From: Cyanophora paradoxa CCMP329
Taxonomy: Eukaryota; Plantae; Glaucophyta
NCBI GenBank assembly: GCA_004431415.1
Contig: QPMI01000655.1
Coordinates: 205,157 to 269,156, forward strand
Reading direction: 5' to 3'
DNA length: 64,000 nucleotides
Shown one piece after another: positions 1 to 12,298 of this stretch. Made by a program: the position numbers and the translations under genes. The first letter of the stretch is position 1. Each line of letters opens with the position of its first letter. The notes beneath the pieces are model-generated. The model was given only the letters and a program-made list of their open reading frames with translations, had not been told where the DNA came from and made no database searches.

Positions 1-1084
1 GCGGCCGGCGCGGGCGAGGCGGTGCAGGCACTCCACCGTCCGCAGCGCCGTCGTCGCGTCCAGCCCCGACGTCGGCTCGTCCAGGTACAGCACCGACGGG
101 TTCTGTCCAGCCGAGCGCCTCAGCCAGGCTTGGCCGCGGCGAGGCGGGCGGGGCGGGCGGGGCGGCTGCACCTGGAGGAGGACGACGCCGATGGAGACGC
201 GGCGCCGCTCGCCGCCCGAGACGCCGCGCACGAGGGGGCCCCCGATCTTCGTCCCCGCGCACCCCCGCAGGCCGAGCTCCCCGATGACGGCGTCGGCGCG
301 GGCGAGCTTCTCGGCGCGCGACATCGAGGCCGGCAGCCGCAGCAGCGCCGAGAACTCCAGGCACTCCCGCACGTTCAGGTACGGCAGGAGGTAGTCGTCC
401 TGCAGCACGTACCCCACCGTCCGCTTCATCTGCCCCCGCTCGCCTCTCGGCGGGGGCCGCGCGGGGGGCCGGCGGCGCGCGCGGCGCCGCGGATCGGACC
501 TCGCTGCGAGAGTAGGGCGCGCCGTTCACGAGGACGTCGCCCGTCCCGCTGGCCGTGCTCGGCAGCCGCGAGCTGAGGTAGTTGAGGAGGCTGCGGCGGC
601 ATTGAGCTGAGCGCGGCAGGCGCCCGGCCGGCGCGCAGGGTCGAGCTCACGTCGTCTTTCCCGAGCCAGAGCCGCCGAGGATTGCGCACTGAACGAGCTT
701 AGCTAAGGAATATGCAGCACACGGAGAGGTCGGCGGCGGGCGCGCACCAACTCCCCGGCGCGGACCACTCCTGAGACGCCATGCAGAACTTGGGACACCG
801 CAGCTTTCTTCTTGAGGAAGCCGCCGGTTGTGATTGACACGCGCACCTGCGCCACATTCAGATAGTGCAGGTCTAGCGGGCTGCGTGCAGCTGGCGCGCA
901 CGTCGGTCCACGAGACGTCGCAGGGCTTCACGCGCCCCAGATGATGTTCCCCCGCCTCCAGCTCGACGAGGTCGCTCTCGCTCGGTTTGTGTTCGCTCCA
1001 CTTGACATCACTTGCGGCTTCTATACCTGTGGCTCCCTCCGCGTCCAGCGGCGGACCAAGCGCGCGTGCTGCGGCGCGCTCCAT
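1..1084 (-). CDS. ABCG-family ABC half-transporter, 5' part (multi-exon; runs off window start)
   Basis: Spliced minus-strand translation gives Walker [35 protein letters not shown], signature [13 protein letters not shown] and Walker [12 protein letters not shown]; ATG at 1084. Confidence 0.85.
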
Positions 1085-1305
1085 GGCCAAACAGCCGGCT
1101 GCGGGAGGGCGTAGTTCGCGCTAGGTTCACCTAGATCGAGCTCGGCGCCGAGTCGGCGGTCCTGCCGCCTCTACGGCGCCTGTCGACAGCCGTGCTCGTC
1201 AGCCTCGACAGAAGGGGGGGTAGGGCCACGAGTGCAGTCGAGCACGTATCGGCGGATCCCGAGTCCAGGTCTTGCGGCGCTGCGACATCCAGAGCTGCGG
1301 CTCGG

Positions 1306-4300
1306 ATGGAGAACCCGAACCCGATCCGCCTGACCTTCGAGGTGTGCGCTGCTCGTGCCGCTTCATTCTCGCCAGGCTGACTGAGATGTACACGCGCCAG
1401 GACCTTACATGCGATGTTCACGTCAGACCGGTCCCCTGGCGCAAGGAGACTCGCCGCATTCTCGAGGGCGTGTCTTGCGAGGTCACCCCTGGCGCGTTGT
1501 GGCCCGGCCGCGGAGCTGCGTCTAGACCTGGGTCTGACGCCACGTTCAGGTTCTCTCACAGCGGTCCTAGGAGGAAGCGGCTCAGGAAAGACGACACTGC
1601 TCAACATTCTGGCGGGTCGGCTCCTGAACGGCAGCTTCAGCGGCAAGATCCTCGCGAACGGCTCGCCCATGGACCCGAAGATCCTCGCGCGCAACCTCGG
1701 CTACGGTTCGCCCCGCCCGCCGCTGGGCCCTCTGGGCGCTCGCCGCAGCGCGGCGCGCGCTCACGCTCCGAGCTTGCGAGCAGTTGTTCAGGATGACAGC
1801 TTCATCCCGTCGCTCACAGTGCGGGAGACGCTGATGTTTGTGGCGCGGCTCAAGCTCCCGCCCTCGTGGGACGACCAGCAGCGGAGTGACCGCGTGAACG
1901 CTGTGCTGGCGGAGCTCGGCCTCCGCTCGTGCGCGGACCGGCCGGTCGGCAACGCGGTCTTCCGCGGCGTCTCGGGGGGCGAGCGGCGGCGGACCTCCAT
2001 CGCCTGCGCCCTCATCAAGAACCCGCCCGTCCTCTTCCTCGGTCCGCCGCCCCCGGATCGGAGCCCTCCGCGCGCCTCACGCGCCGCCCCGCGCCGCCCC
2101 GCAGACGAGCCGACGACAGGACTCGACTCGTTCCACGCGTACAACGTCATCGAGGCCCGCCGCCTCCCGCCGCGCCTCGCCGCGCCTCGCCCTGGCCTCT
2201 CACGCCGCCCGCAGACCCTCAAGCGCATCGCCTCCGAGGACGGCCGCACCGTCGTGCGCCCCCTAACCCATCCAACCTCCCCCCGGCACGAAACTAGAGC
2301 GGCAGCCTGGACCCCCGCGCACGCCTTCGGCCCCCGCGGGGGCGAGCTGACGATGAGCCGCCCCGGGGCGGGGTCAGGTGGCGACGATCCACCAGCCGCG
2401 GCACGACCTCTTCGAGCTCGTCGACCGCGTGCTGCTCCTCTCCCGCGGCCGTCTCCTCTACGGCGGGCCCCGCGCCGCCTTCATCCAGCACTTCGCCGAC
2501 GCCGGCTACCCCTGCCCCAGGTTCCCCCCCCCCCCCCCCCGCCACCACCGCTTGCTGAGGGGCGGGGAGCAGGAACGCGAACGCGGCGGACTTCTACATG
2601 GACGTCTGCTCCCTCGACACGCGCACCCCCGAGGCCGAGCGCGCCTCCGCCCTCGTCCGCCCGCCCCGCCCCGCCCCGCCTCCGCCCTCCCGTCTGACCC
2701 GCCGCCGCTCGCCGTGCAGCGGATAGAGGCGCTCCTGGCGCACTGGCGCCAGCGCAAGGGCGCTCCGCCCTCGCCGGCGGCCGCCTCCGCCGAGGCCGGC
2801 GCGCAGGCCGGGCAGGTGCGCAAGCCGGAAGCCGCGGGCTTGGCCTCCAAGTGCCCGTCGCCGACGCGGGTGCCCTGGGGCGGCAGGCGGTCCGGATGCT
2901 CTCGCTCGGCTCGGACGGGGCGGATGCGTGCGGGGAGCGGCTGGCCGAGCGGCGCTCGTTCGAGATGGAGGGGGCCGGGGGGGCGGTGGTGGTGAAGCCG
3001 CACCCGGCGGAGCAGGCGGGGTACGGGCGGGCCTTCTCGGCGCTGGTGGGCCGCTACGGGAAGACGATCGCGCGGCAGCCGGCGGACGTCTCCCTCCGCA
3101 TCATGCAGCTCTTCGCCTTCGCCTTCATGTCCGCCCCGCCCCGCCCCCCAACGCGCCCTCCCCGCCTCCGCCGAACGCGAAGACCGCCGGCAGCAACTGG
3201 GTGTACCTCTTCCGCGTGGGGTACGACCAGGAGGGCGTGCAGAACCGGAACGGGCTGATGTACGAGGCCGTGGGCGGCACCGTCATGGTCGGCATGCTCG
3301 TCACCGTGCGCCCGCGCCCCGAAGCAGCTCGTCTCCCCGTTGCACTCCCTGTCGTTCTGAGTTGGCGGCTGCGGGGCCCGCAGGTGGCCATCTTCCCCCC
3401 GCAGCGCAACGTGTTCTACAGGGAGCGGGAGGACCGGCTGTACCCCTCGTCGGCGTTCTTCTGGGTGTACACGCTGATGGAGCTGCCCTTCACGGCCTTC
3501 TCCTGCCTCCTCATGTCGTTCCTGTACTACTGGGCGATCGGGCTGCGGCCCGAGGCGGCCGCCTGGGGCGTCTTTGTCCTCTGCGTCTTCCTCGTCGTCT
3601 GGTGGGGCGAGTCGGTGAGCGGCTGCCGTCGACTCTTCGTCGCGCCGCGCGCACCGCACCGCGGGCGAGCTCAAGTGCGCGCGCGTGCGCGTGCCGCCAG
3701 GTGAGCCTCGTGGTCTGCTGCCTGGCGTACGACCCGACCTTCGCGACGTCCATGGCGGGCCTCATCGTCATGATGTACGGCCTCACCGCCGCCGCCTTTT
3801 TCAGGTCACCCGCCCCGCTTTGAATTGTTCCTCTCGCGAAACCAACATGGACTGAGCGCACGCACGTGCGTAGCACGAACATGAACGAGGGCTCCTCCCG
3901 CTTCTTCACGGTGCCAGCCCGCCATTGCGGTTACAATTGCTCCGCTCAGAACTGATCGGAGATGTCGAATCGCCTCGCCAGGCTGTGAACTACGTGGCGC
4001 CCATCCGATGGCTGTCTCAGGCCACTGTGGCCAACGAGTTCGTCGGCAAGGTGCGCACGCGCGCGCGGCCGTGGGCGCGAGAAAGAGAACCGAGGACAGG
4101 ACAAGAAAGTGATGGGATTAGTGTATCGATATATCGGTACATGTACATGTGCAGATTGTGCATATGCTGCTGCAATCTTACAGATCAGCCCGCGATATAT
4201 ACGCCCCAAGTTTATATAATTACAGACCGCTGATGCGGCGCCTCGTGCAGAGCTTCGACTGCGGGGCGGCGCCGGCGCAGGCGTGCTTCGCGACGGGGGA

Positions 4301-4679
4301 CCAGTTCGTGGCGACCTACTTCCCCGACGCCGCCAGCGAGCTCTGGCGCAACGTCGCCATCGGGTGCGCCCCCGCCCCGCGCGCGCGTGAACGCCTTGCC
4401 GCACAGATACGTATACGCCCACCTTATACTCATAACCCTGAACTACGGCCGTGCTGTGCCCTAGATATTTCTTTTTGGGGGAAGGGATCGGACTGATCTC
4501 GTCAGACGATCCGGGATCCCCGGGCTCTCCCTCCTTCGATCCTCCTCGTCTTCTTGGAATGGGGGAACTGGATCTGATGGGGACTCCGGGGGGATCCGGG
4601 GCGCAGGGCCGGGATCTCTCTCTTCTACCGCCTCCTCGCCTTCGCGGTCTTCATGACCCGCCGCCGCCGCCTCAACTGA
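1306..4679 (+). CDS. ABCG-family ABC half-transporter (multi-exon, NBD then TMD)
   Basis: Exons encode [61 protein letters not shown] and ABC2 membrane segments (NVFYREREDRLY, LMELPF, NEF); ATG 1306, TGA 4677-4679. Confidence 0.9.
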
Positions 4680-5790
4680 TCGATCGCTTACGATTAGCAC
4701 GGAAAGCCGGCGCAGCGCTAGCAGCCCCCACCCGGCCCCCTTGGGCCCTTGCCATCCGCACGCCGCACGGGCGGGCGGGCCGCGGGCGCCGGCCCCACGG
4801 GCCACGGCCCACGGCTCCCGGCCCAATTGCAAGTTGGGCCCCAACTTTGCCCCCAAGTTCCCCACTGGGCCAAGTTGGGACCCCAACCCCTAGTAGTGGT
4901 CCCCTACCGGTAGCCCTCGGCCTCTCACTGACTCAGTGAGTCGGGGCCTCTCCGAGGCTCACACTGCCTCACAGGCCGCGGGCCTACTAGGCCTAGGGCC
5001 TAGGCTCTCAGCTCCCCGGCAGGCTCGAGTCAGCTCAGACTCAGCTGTGCTGCCTGTGCTGCTGTCACACTGTGACTCTGTGAGTCTGTGACAGTGCTGT
5101 GCATCACAGTGCATGTGCGCACTGCGCAGGCCTAGGCTCGAGCTCTCTTAGCTCTTAGCTACCGGACCAGTAGTACCGGTATATATATATAGCTTGCGAG
5201 TTGACTTGCAAATTGCAATTCCAGCCAACGGTCGAGGGCTTGAGTCAAGCTACGTAGACGATTTGACAAGATTGACTCGTCGTTTGAGTGTTCCAATCGT
5301 CACAGGCTCACAACTGCTGTTCAATTACGATACCCGTCACGGCGTAGAACCCGCGGAAAGTACCGTGCAGCGCTAGCCGTGCTGCAGTGCTAGGCTGCTA
5401 GGACGCATGCGCGCATGCAGATGCGCGTTACAGCCGGCCAAGAGCTGTTCCGAGTGTCGACGGTGCCCGGCATCCCAGGATTCCCAGCTAGTATGCGTGC
5501 GTGCGCGCGCGCGCGCCGCACCGGCACGTACTCGGCAATTCGACCTGGCGCTGGCGGGAGATTCGCCGAGTCGGCTGGCACCTGCGCGCGGCAGCGGACG
5601 CCGGCTTAAGAAAAGAGCAGCTTAGAATTTGCTGTTGGGGCGTTGCCTCGCCGGCGCGGGCGGTGAGCGGCCGCGGCCGCTTAGCGAGTTCGGGAGCCTC
5701 GGATCCGGAGCCGGCTGCGGCGCGCGGACTGCGCACGGCGTACATCCTTGCAATTGGCGTTTTCCCCGCGGCCGCGCGGGGCGGACCGCG

Positions 5791-8700
5791 ATGAAGGGCG
5801 GCGTGGTGCCGCTCGATCATGAGCTGGGAGTTGCGCTTGCGCTGCACGGCCTGCCGACCGTCCGGCCGCGCGCTCCCTCGAGCGCGGCGCCGAGCTCCCG
5901 AGCGCGCAGCCGCTCCGGCTCATCGGACGGGTGCGCCTCGCGATCGCCCGACTCTACCCGCGAGGAAGAGGCGGTTACGGATCCGGAGCGGGCGGCCGCC
6001 GCCGGGGGCGCGGGATGGGGCTCGGGCGGGGGCCTCTCGCGGGGCGGGGCGGTGCCGGTGGCGGTGCTGGCGGCGGTGCAGTCGGCGGCGCTGGCGTGCG
6101 TGCTGGCGGTGCTGCTGGGCCCCGACCCGCTGCCGCCGCCGGCGCGCGGCCTCCTCGCAGCCGCCTGCGCCGCCATGCTCCTCGCCGTGGCCGCCGCTGC
6201 CGCCGCCCTCCACCTGCTCGCCGTGCGGCCGCTGCGCCGCCTCCTCGCCGCCGCCGCCCGCCCGCGGCCCCGCCCCGGGGCCCCTCCCCGCCCTCCTCGC
6301 CGCCATCGACCCCCGCCCGTCGCCGGCGCCGGCGGGGCCGGCCGGGGCGGGGCGAGCGGGGCGTGGCTGCGGGACGAGGTGGCGGAGCTGCGTGGCGCGT
6401 GGGAGGCCGCCGGCGCCGCCCTCGCCGCCTGGCGCGAGCACTTCGACGCCCTCTTCGCCTTCCAGGCCCGACCCCCCCGCCACCACCCGCCCCGCCCCGC
6501 CCCGCCCTCCCCGCCCCGCCCCGCCCCGCCCCGCCGGCCGGGCTCACGGGGCCGCGCGGCGCAGGGCGCGGCCTACCTGTGCGTCACCGAGGCCGGCGCC
6601 GTTACGCGCATGAACGACGTGCGCCGTCCGCCCGCGCTCCGCCCGGGGCCGCCCCGAGCGCCCGCCGGCCGCAGGTGGCGCGCAAGCTCTTCGGGGTGCC
6701 GGAGGCCCCGCCCCGGTGCGCCCCTCGCCCCGCCCCTCGCGCCCAGCGCCGAGCCGCGCCGCGCCGCGCCGCGCCGCAGCCGCCGGCGAACCTCTCTGCG
6801 CTGCTGCCGAAGCTCTCGCCGGCGGTTCTGATGGCGGAAGTGGGAGAGCATGCAGCCGGGCCGATCACGATCTCGAGGGCGGCGGCGGGCGCCCGCGGCG
6901 GCGGCGGCGGCGGCGGGCTGTCGAGATGGACAGCGTGTGCCGCCGCGCCGACGGGACAACTTTCCTCGCCGAGATGCGCGCCTGCCGCCTCCCGACGGAC
7001 GCGGCGACCGGGGACGCGCTCGGGCCGGCGACGGGGGCGGGCGGGGGCTCGGGGGTGGCGCGGCGGGGGTCGGGATCGAGGGGGCTGCTGCTGCTGCAGC
7101 TGCGGGAGGCGGGGTGGAAGGGGGCGGACCCGCGCGTGAGCGTCTTCATGGAGCAGGCGAACGACGCCGTCATCGTCATGACCGCCAACTCCACGGCCCG
7201 CCGCGCCCCCCGCCCCCGCCCGCCCCGCCTGACCCGCCCCAGATCACCGCCTTCAACCGGAGCGCCCAGGCCATGTTCGGCTGGACGGCCGAGGAGGCCA
7301 TCGGCAGCAAGGTCGAGATGCTCATGAGCAAGCTCTACGGCTCCATCCAGTGCGCCCCGCGGCGGGCGGGGCGGGGCCGGGGCGCTGAGGGCGGGGCGGG
7401 CAGCCACAAGGCGGTGAAGCGGTACCTGCAGACGGGCGAGGCGCGCGTCGTCGGCCGCCTGCGCGAGACGACCGCCGTCCGCCGCGACGGCTCCCCCTTC
7501 CGTCCGCCCGCCCGCCCCGCCCCGCCCCGCCCCGGCGGCGGCCGACGGGGCGGCGGGGGCAGCGATCGAGCTCTCGGTGGCGGAGGCGCGGGTCGGGGGC
7601 GAGCGGCTCTTCGTGGGGAGCATCCGGGACGCGAGCGAGCGGCGGCGGGCGGTGCAGGAGCTGGAGGACACGAAGAGCCGGTACCAGTCGCTGCTGCTGA
7701 ACATCCTGCCGGCGCCCGTGGTGAAGGAGCTGCTGGAGGAGCGGCCGGTGCTCGAGCTCGCCACGCGCTACGAGGAGGTCGCCATCGTCTTCGCCGACAT
7801 CGTCGGCTTCACCGTGCGGCCCCGCCGGCCCCCGTCCCCCCGCGTCCCGCGGGGCCGCCGGGCCGGCTCGAGGGCGGGGGCGGGGCGCAGACGATCAGCG
7901 AGGGGCTGGACCCGCGCGTGCTCGTGCAGACCCTCAACGACATCTTCTCCCGCTTCGACGCCATCTGCGAGCGCCACGGCCTCGAGAAGGCGCCCCCGCC
8001 CCCCCGCCGCCCGGCCCCGGCCCCTCGCCCCGCCCTGACCGGCCCCCTGCGCCCAGATCAAGACCATCGGGGGTGAGACCATCGATATCCCGAGACCGCC
8101 GGCCGGGGCGGCGCCGCTTCGGCTCTGACGCCCCCCGGCGGCAGACGCGTACATGGCGGTCTCGGGGCTGCCCTTCCCGATCCCGCAGCACGTGGAGGCG
8201 GCGGCCGACACGGCCCTCGAGATGATCGAGGCGCTCGAGAACGTGCCGCCCTTCACCGTCCGCCTCAAGACCCGCCGCCGCGCCCCCCGCCCCGGCCCCG
8301 GCGCCGCCGCCACGCTGCTGCCGCCGCCGCCCGAGCCGCCTGCGCGGCGGGGCAGCCTCGAACTGGAAGCGAACGCTGGCGGGGTTGTGTACGACGAGGT
8401 TCGGGGCTTCTCGCGGCGGCCCTCCGCCGTCGGGCCCCCCGGCCTGCCCCAGGCCGCCCCCTCCCAATCCCGCGCCACGTCTCCCGCCTCGAGGCCGACC
8501 CCAGACACGGCCCCGCCGACGGCCTCTGCGGCGGGGGCGGGGGCGGAGGAGTGGGAGGAGGTGGAGGAGGAGCAGCGCGTCGACCTCCAGATCCGCGTCG
8601 GCATGGTCCGCCCCGCCCGCCCGCCCCTCTGAGGCCCCTCCCCGCCCCCCGGCCCCGCGCGCGCGTGCGGGCCGACGGCGGGGGTGCACGTGCAGCACAT

Positions 8701-11652
8701 GGGCCCGGTGGTGGCGGGGGTGATCGGGATCCGGAAGCTGGTGTACGACGTCTGGTCGGACGCCGTGAACGTCGCGTCGCGGATGGAGTCGTCGGGGGCG
8801 CCGGGCCGCGTGCACGTGAGCGCCGCCGTCGAGGCGCGCCTGCGGGAGCGCTTCGAGCTCGAGCCACGCGGGAGCGTGCACGTGAAGGGCAAGGGGCCGA
8901 TGGAGACCTTTTTCCTCGTCGGCCGCCGCCCGGAGGACCCGGGCGACCCCGCGACGCAGCGCGAGAACACATCGGGGCGCCTGCGGGCCGCCCTCTCGCC
9001 GCCGCTTGCTTCCCTGCCGCTCAGCAACCCGAGGGCAAGCCTGGCGTCCGAGGGGGAGGGCCCCGCCTCCGCCGAGTTCTCCCTCGGCGCCGCGGCGGCC
9101 CCTGCGCGATCGGCGCAATCGGCCTCTGTGAGGAGAGCAAAGAGCGTGCACCTGATCCGGATGCAGGAGGCGGAGATGGCGCGGCAGGAGATGGAGGACC
9201 GGGAGCCGGTCTCGGCCCTCGCCGGCGGCTTTGCCTGGGAGCGGGTCGCCGACCCCGCCTTCAACGCGCGCGACGTGGTGCACCTGGCGGCGAGCGAGGC
9301 GCGCGCGCTCGTCGGCAAGCTGCTCCGCATGCTCGGCCTCGCCTCGCTGCTCGCCGGCAAGGAGGCCGCCCTCGACGCCCTCGTCCAGGAGCTCCAGGCC
9401 GCCCCGCCCCGCGCCGGCTCCCCCGCCCGCGGCTTCCAGGGGGCCCTCCAGGCCGCCCACCAGCTCGCCCTGCTCGTGCGGGGCGTCGAGCGGCTGCGGC
9501 GGCACGTGTACCCCGCCGAGATCCTCGGCATCTTCCTCGCCCTTCTCTGCTCCAACGCCGAGGCCGCCGTGGGGGCCCTCCTGCAGGCCTCGCGGCTGCC
9601 CGAGGGGCAGGGGCCGGGGCCGGCCGCGCCGCCGCAGGCCCTCGAGCGCAGCGCCCTCGCCCGCGCCCGCGAGTGGCTCCAGCAGCACCCCCTCGACGGC
9701 AAGCCCGCCGCCGCCGGGCCCTCGCCCGTGGCGGACATGAGGAGGGCGGGTCGGTCGATCAAGAGGAGAGCGGCGGCGTCGCTCACGATCGATACCAACC
9801 CGCCGGCCGTGGAGGCCGTGCGCGGGGCCGGCGTGGAGTGCAGCCCGCAGAGCGATTCCTCCCCGCACAGCGCCCACGCCCGCTTCAGCTTCCGGGCGGC
9901 CCCGTTCCTGCAGGCGGCGGCAGCCGCCGACCGGGATGGCCTCGGGCCCCCCTCGCCGTCGAGCGTCGCCGCCGTTGGCCGCCCCGGAGCGCCCGCCCCG
10001 CACTTCTCCCCGCTGCGCGGCCCGCAGGAAGCGCCGGGAGGCGGCAGCGCCAGCGGCGGCCTGCAGCCTTCGCCGCGGTCACCACCATCGCCGAAGGGGC
10101 CGGTAGAAGACGGGTTCGGGCCAGCGTCGCCGTCGGGGAAAGGCGGGCGCGTGGCGGCGCTGCTGCTGGAGATCCTCGAGGAGATCGACTCGGTGGACGA
10201 GCGGCGCGCCCGCCCGCCCGCCCGCGCGCCGGCGGCAGCGGCGGCTGAGCGGGCGGGGGCGCAGGTGCGCGAACACGCTCTGCTCGTGCCTGGAGGCGGT
10301 GGGGGACCGGGCGGAGGCGGCCCTCGCCTGGACCCTCCTCATGGAGGAGACGGCCGCCGAGTACGAGGCGCTCCGCTCCGGCGGGCCCGACCGCTCCTGG
10401 TCCCTCTCCGAGCCGGCCCGCGCCCGCCTCTGCGCCCTCCTCTTCCGCGTCGCCAGCTTCGCCGACTGCTACAAGTTCCCCCACGTCGCCGAGCGCGCCG
10501 CCCCCGCCTTGTCCGCCCGCCCCACCCGCCCCCGCCGCGGCCGCCCCGCCTGACACCCCACCCGCAGCGCGTACCAGTACTTCCGTGCGCCGCGCCGCGC
10601 CGCGTGCCGGCGCCGCCACGCGCCGCTGCCCTGCAGCTGTCGCCGACGCGGGGTCGCGCAGCGGAACTGGCGCCGGCGGGGCCGATCGAGCCGCCGGAGC
10701 GGGAGGAGGGAATGTCGGACGGGGCGAGCTCGGTGGGCAACAACAACGCCACCTCAGCACGTGCGTGTTTCTCATCATGACCAGCGTTCCCGCGCGGAAT
10801 CTTGAATCTGAGGCGGCGCGCGCAGAGCTGCTGGAGGGCGGGTTCACGAACCTGATCATGGGCGGCCCGGCGGCGTCGCTGGGGACGCACGGGCACAGGC
10901 GCTCCTCCATCCACTTCCAGCGCGCTCGCTCGGCGTCGGATCTGAGCCAGTCGGGCCCCAGCTCCCGCCTCAGCTCCCTAGGCCTCGCTACCATCTCCAG
11001 CTCCCTCCGCAACCCGCTGGCGCCGGCGTGGCCGGCGGGGGCGGCGCAGCAGGCGGCGGCGGTGGCTCGGGCGCGGCGGGCGGCGCGCCTCGCGCCGGCG
11101 GCGCTCCGGGCGTGGCAGGCGAGCGCGGAGCACGTCATCGCGTTCATCGACGTGCGGCCCGGGAGCTGCGCGGGGGGCGGGGCCGGGACGGGGCGCTGAG
11201 TCGCTGGGGGGCAGATCGTCGTGGGGCCGGTGCTGCACGTGGCGGGGCGGCTGCTGGAGGAGCTCGCCGACGAGGAAGGCAAGCTCGAGCAGCCCCGCGA
11301 GATGTTCCGCGCCATCGCCTTCGCCGGGCCCCTGCCTCCCCCGGGCGTCTCGACCCCGGATGCGGATGCGCGTGCAGGTGGTGCCGCCGCCCCTTCTTCA
11401 AATTCGGAGCCGGAGTTGGCGACGCCGCGCTCAAGGGCGCGGGCCCGCCGCCTCCCAATCGCGAGCCGGCACCCAGCCTCCACTCAAGCTCAAGCAGCCT
11501 CGGGCGACTCGATCGCGAGCCCCGTCGCGAGGCCCGGGCCCCAAGCCTCCCGTCGACTCGCCGATCGCGAGCTCGAGCTCGAGCCGCCCAGGAACCCTTT
11601 CCAGACTCCCACTGCACTTGCAATCGGCCACTACTATGCGTTTGGAATTTAG
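5791..11652 (+). CDS. TM/PAS-domain class III adenylyl cyclase with degenerate PDE-like C-terminus (multi-exon), copy A
   Basis: PAS (FNRSAQAMFGWTAEEAIGSKVEMLM; RRDGSPF..ELSV); cyclase motifs IVFADIVGFT, EKIKTIGDAYM, IRVGMH.GPVVAGVIG, YDVWSDAVNVASRMES. K and D at the specificity positions imply ATP substrate. Ends approximate. Confidence 0.8.
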
Positions 11653-12298
11653 CATTTGATTCCGAAATATACGTAGGATGACGTTTGCGTAGGGTGTGTT
11701 CGGAAGCCAAATATACGTAGGTTGACGTTTCTTTCCGATATCCTATCATGTCACAGTGTTGCCAGCGCTAGCATCCAAGCTTAAGCTTCGATTTGCAAAT
11801 GACGCATGCACAGTGATTGGATCACTGATATTTATCCACAAATGTACACTCTAGATCTGCGCATGCGCCAGCGCTAGCGCTAGCCTGGCAGCTGCACTCT
11901 AAAGCTAGATATACCGATATGCATTAATTTACGTGTATACGTATACGAAATCGAACCATTACAGTACATGTACAGTTGCTAGCACACACTTCCGATCACG
12001 GCCGTTCACGTTCCGTTCATCATGGCATTGGGGTACTATCTTCAAAGAAAACCTACCGTCAAAAAGAAAACTATAGCTAGGCTAACGCGCAACCTAAAGC
12101 TACTAGGCTAGCAAAAACATGATCACGAAGCAGTGCAATCGCGATCGCGAATTCAAAAATGAAATACGCTAGAGCGGGTGCAAAAAAGATGCATCCCATA
12201 TAGCGCTTCGACGGCTCGCCGTCAGTCGTACTAGAGGGCTGTGTGACTGCGCGAGGGCGCAGCGATGCAGCTGGGGTGCAGATCCACAGCCGTGACCG

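Noticed and set aside
4780-5400. Short palindrome-rich intergenic DNA (also ~11.7-12.2 kb and 18.2-18.8 kb) as MITEs or RNA genes
   Set aside because: No clear TIR/TSD pair and no tRNA or rRNA structure could be identified.
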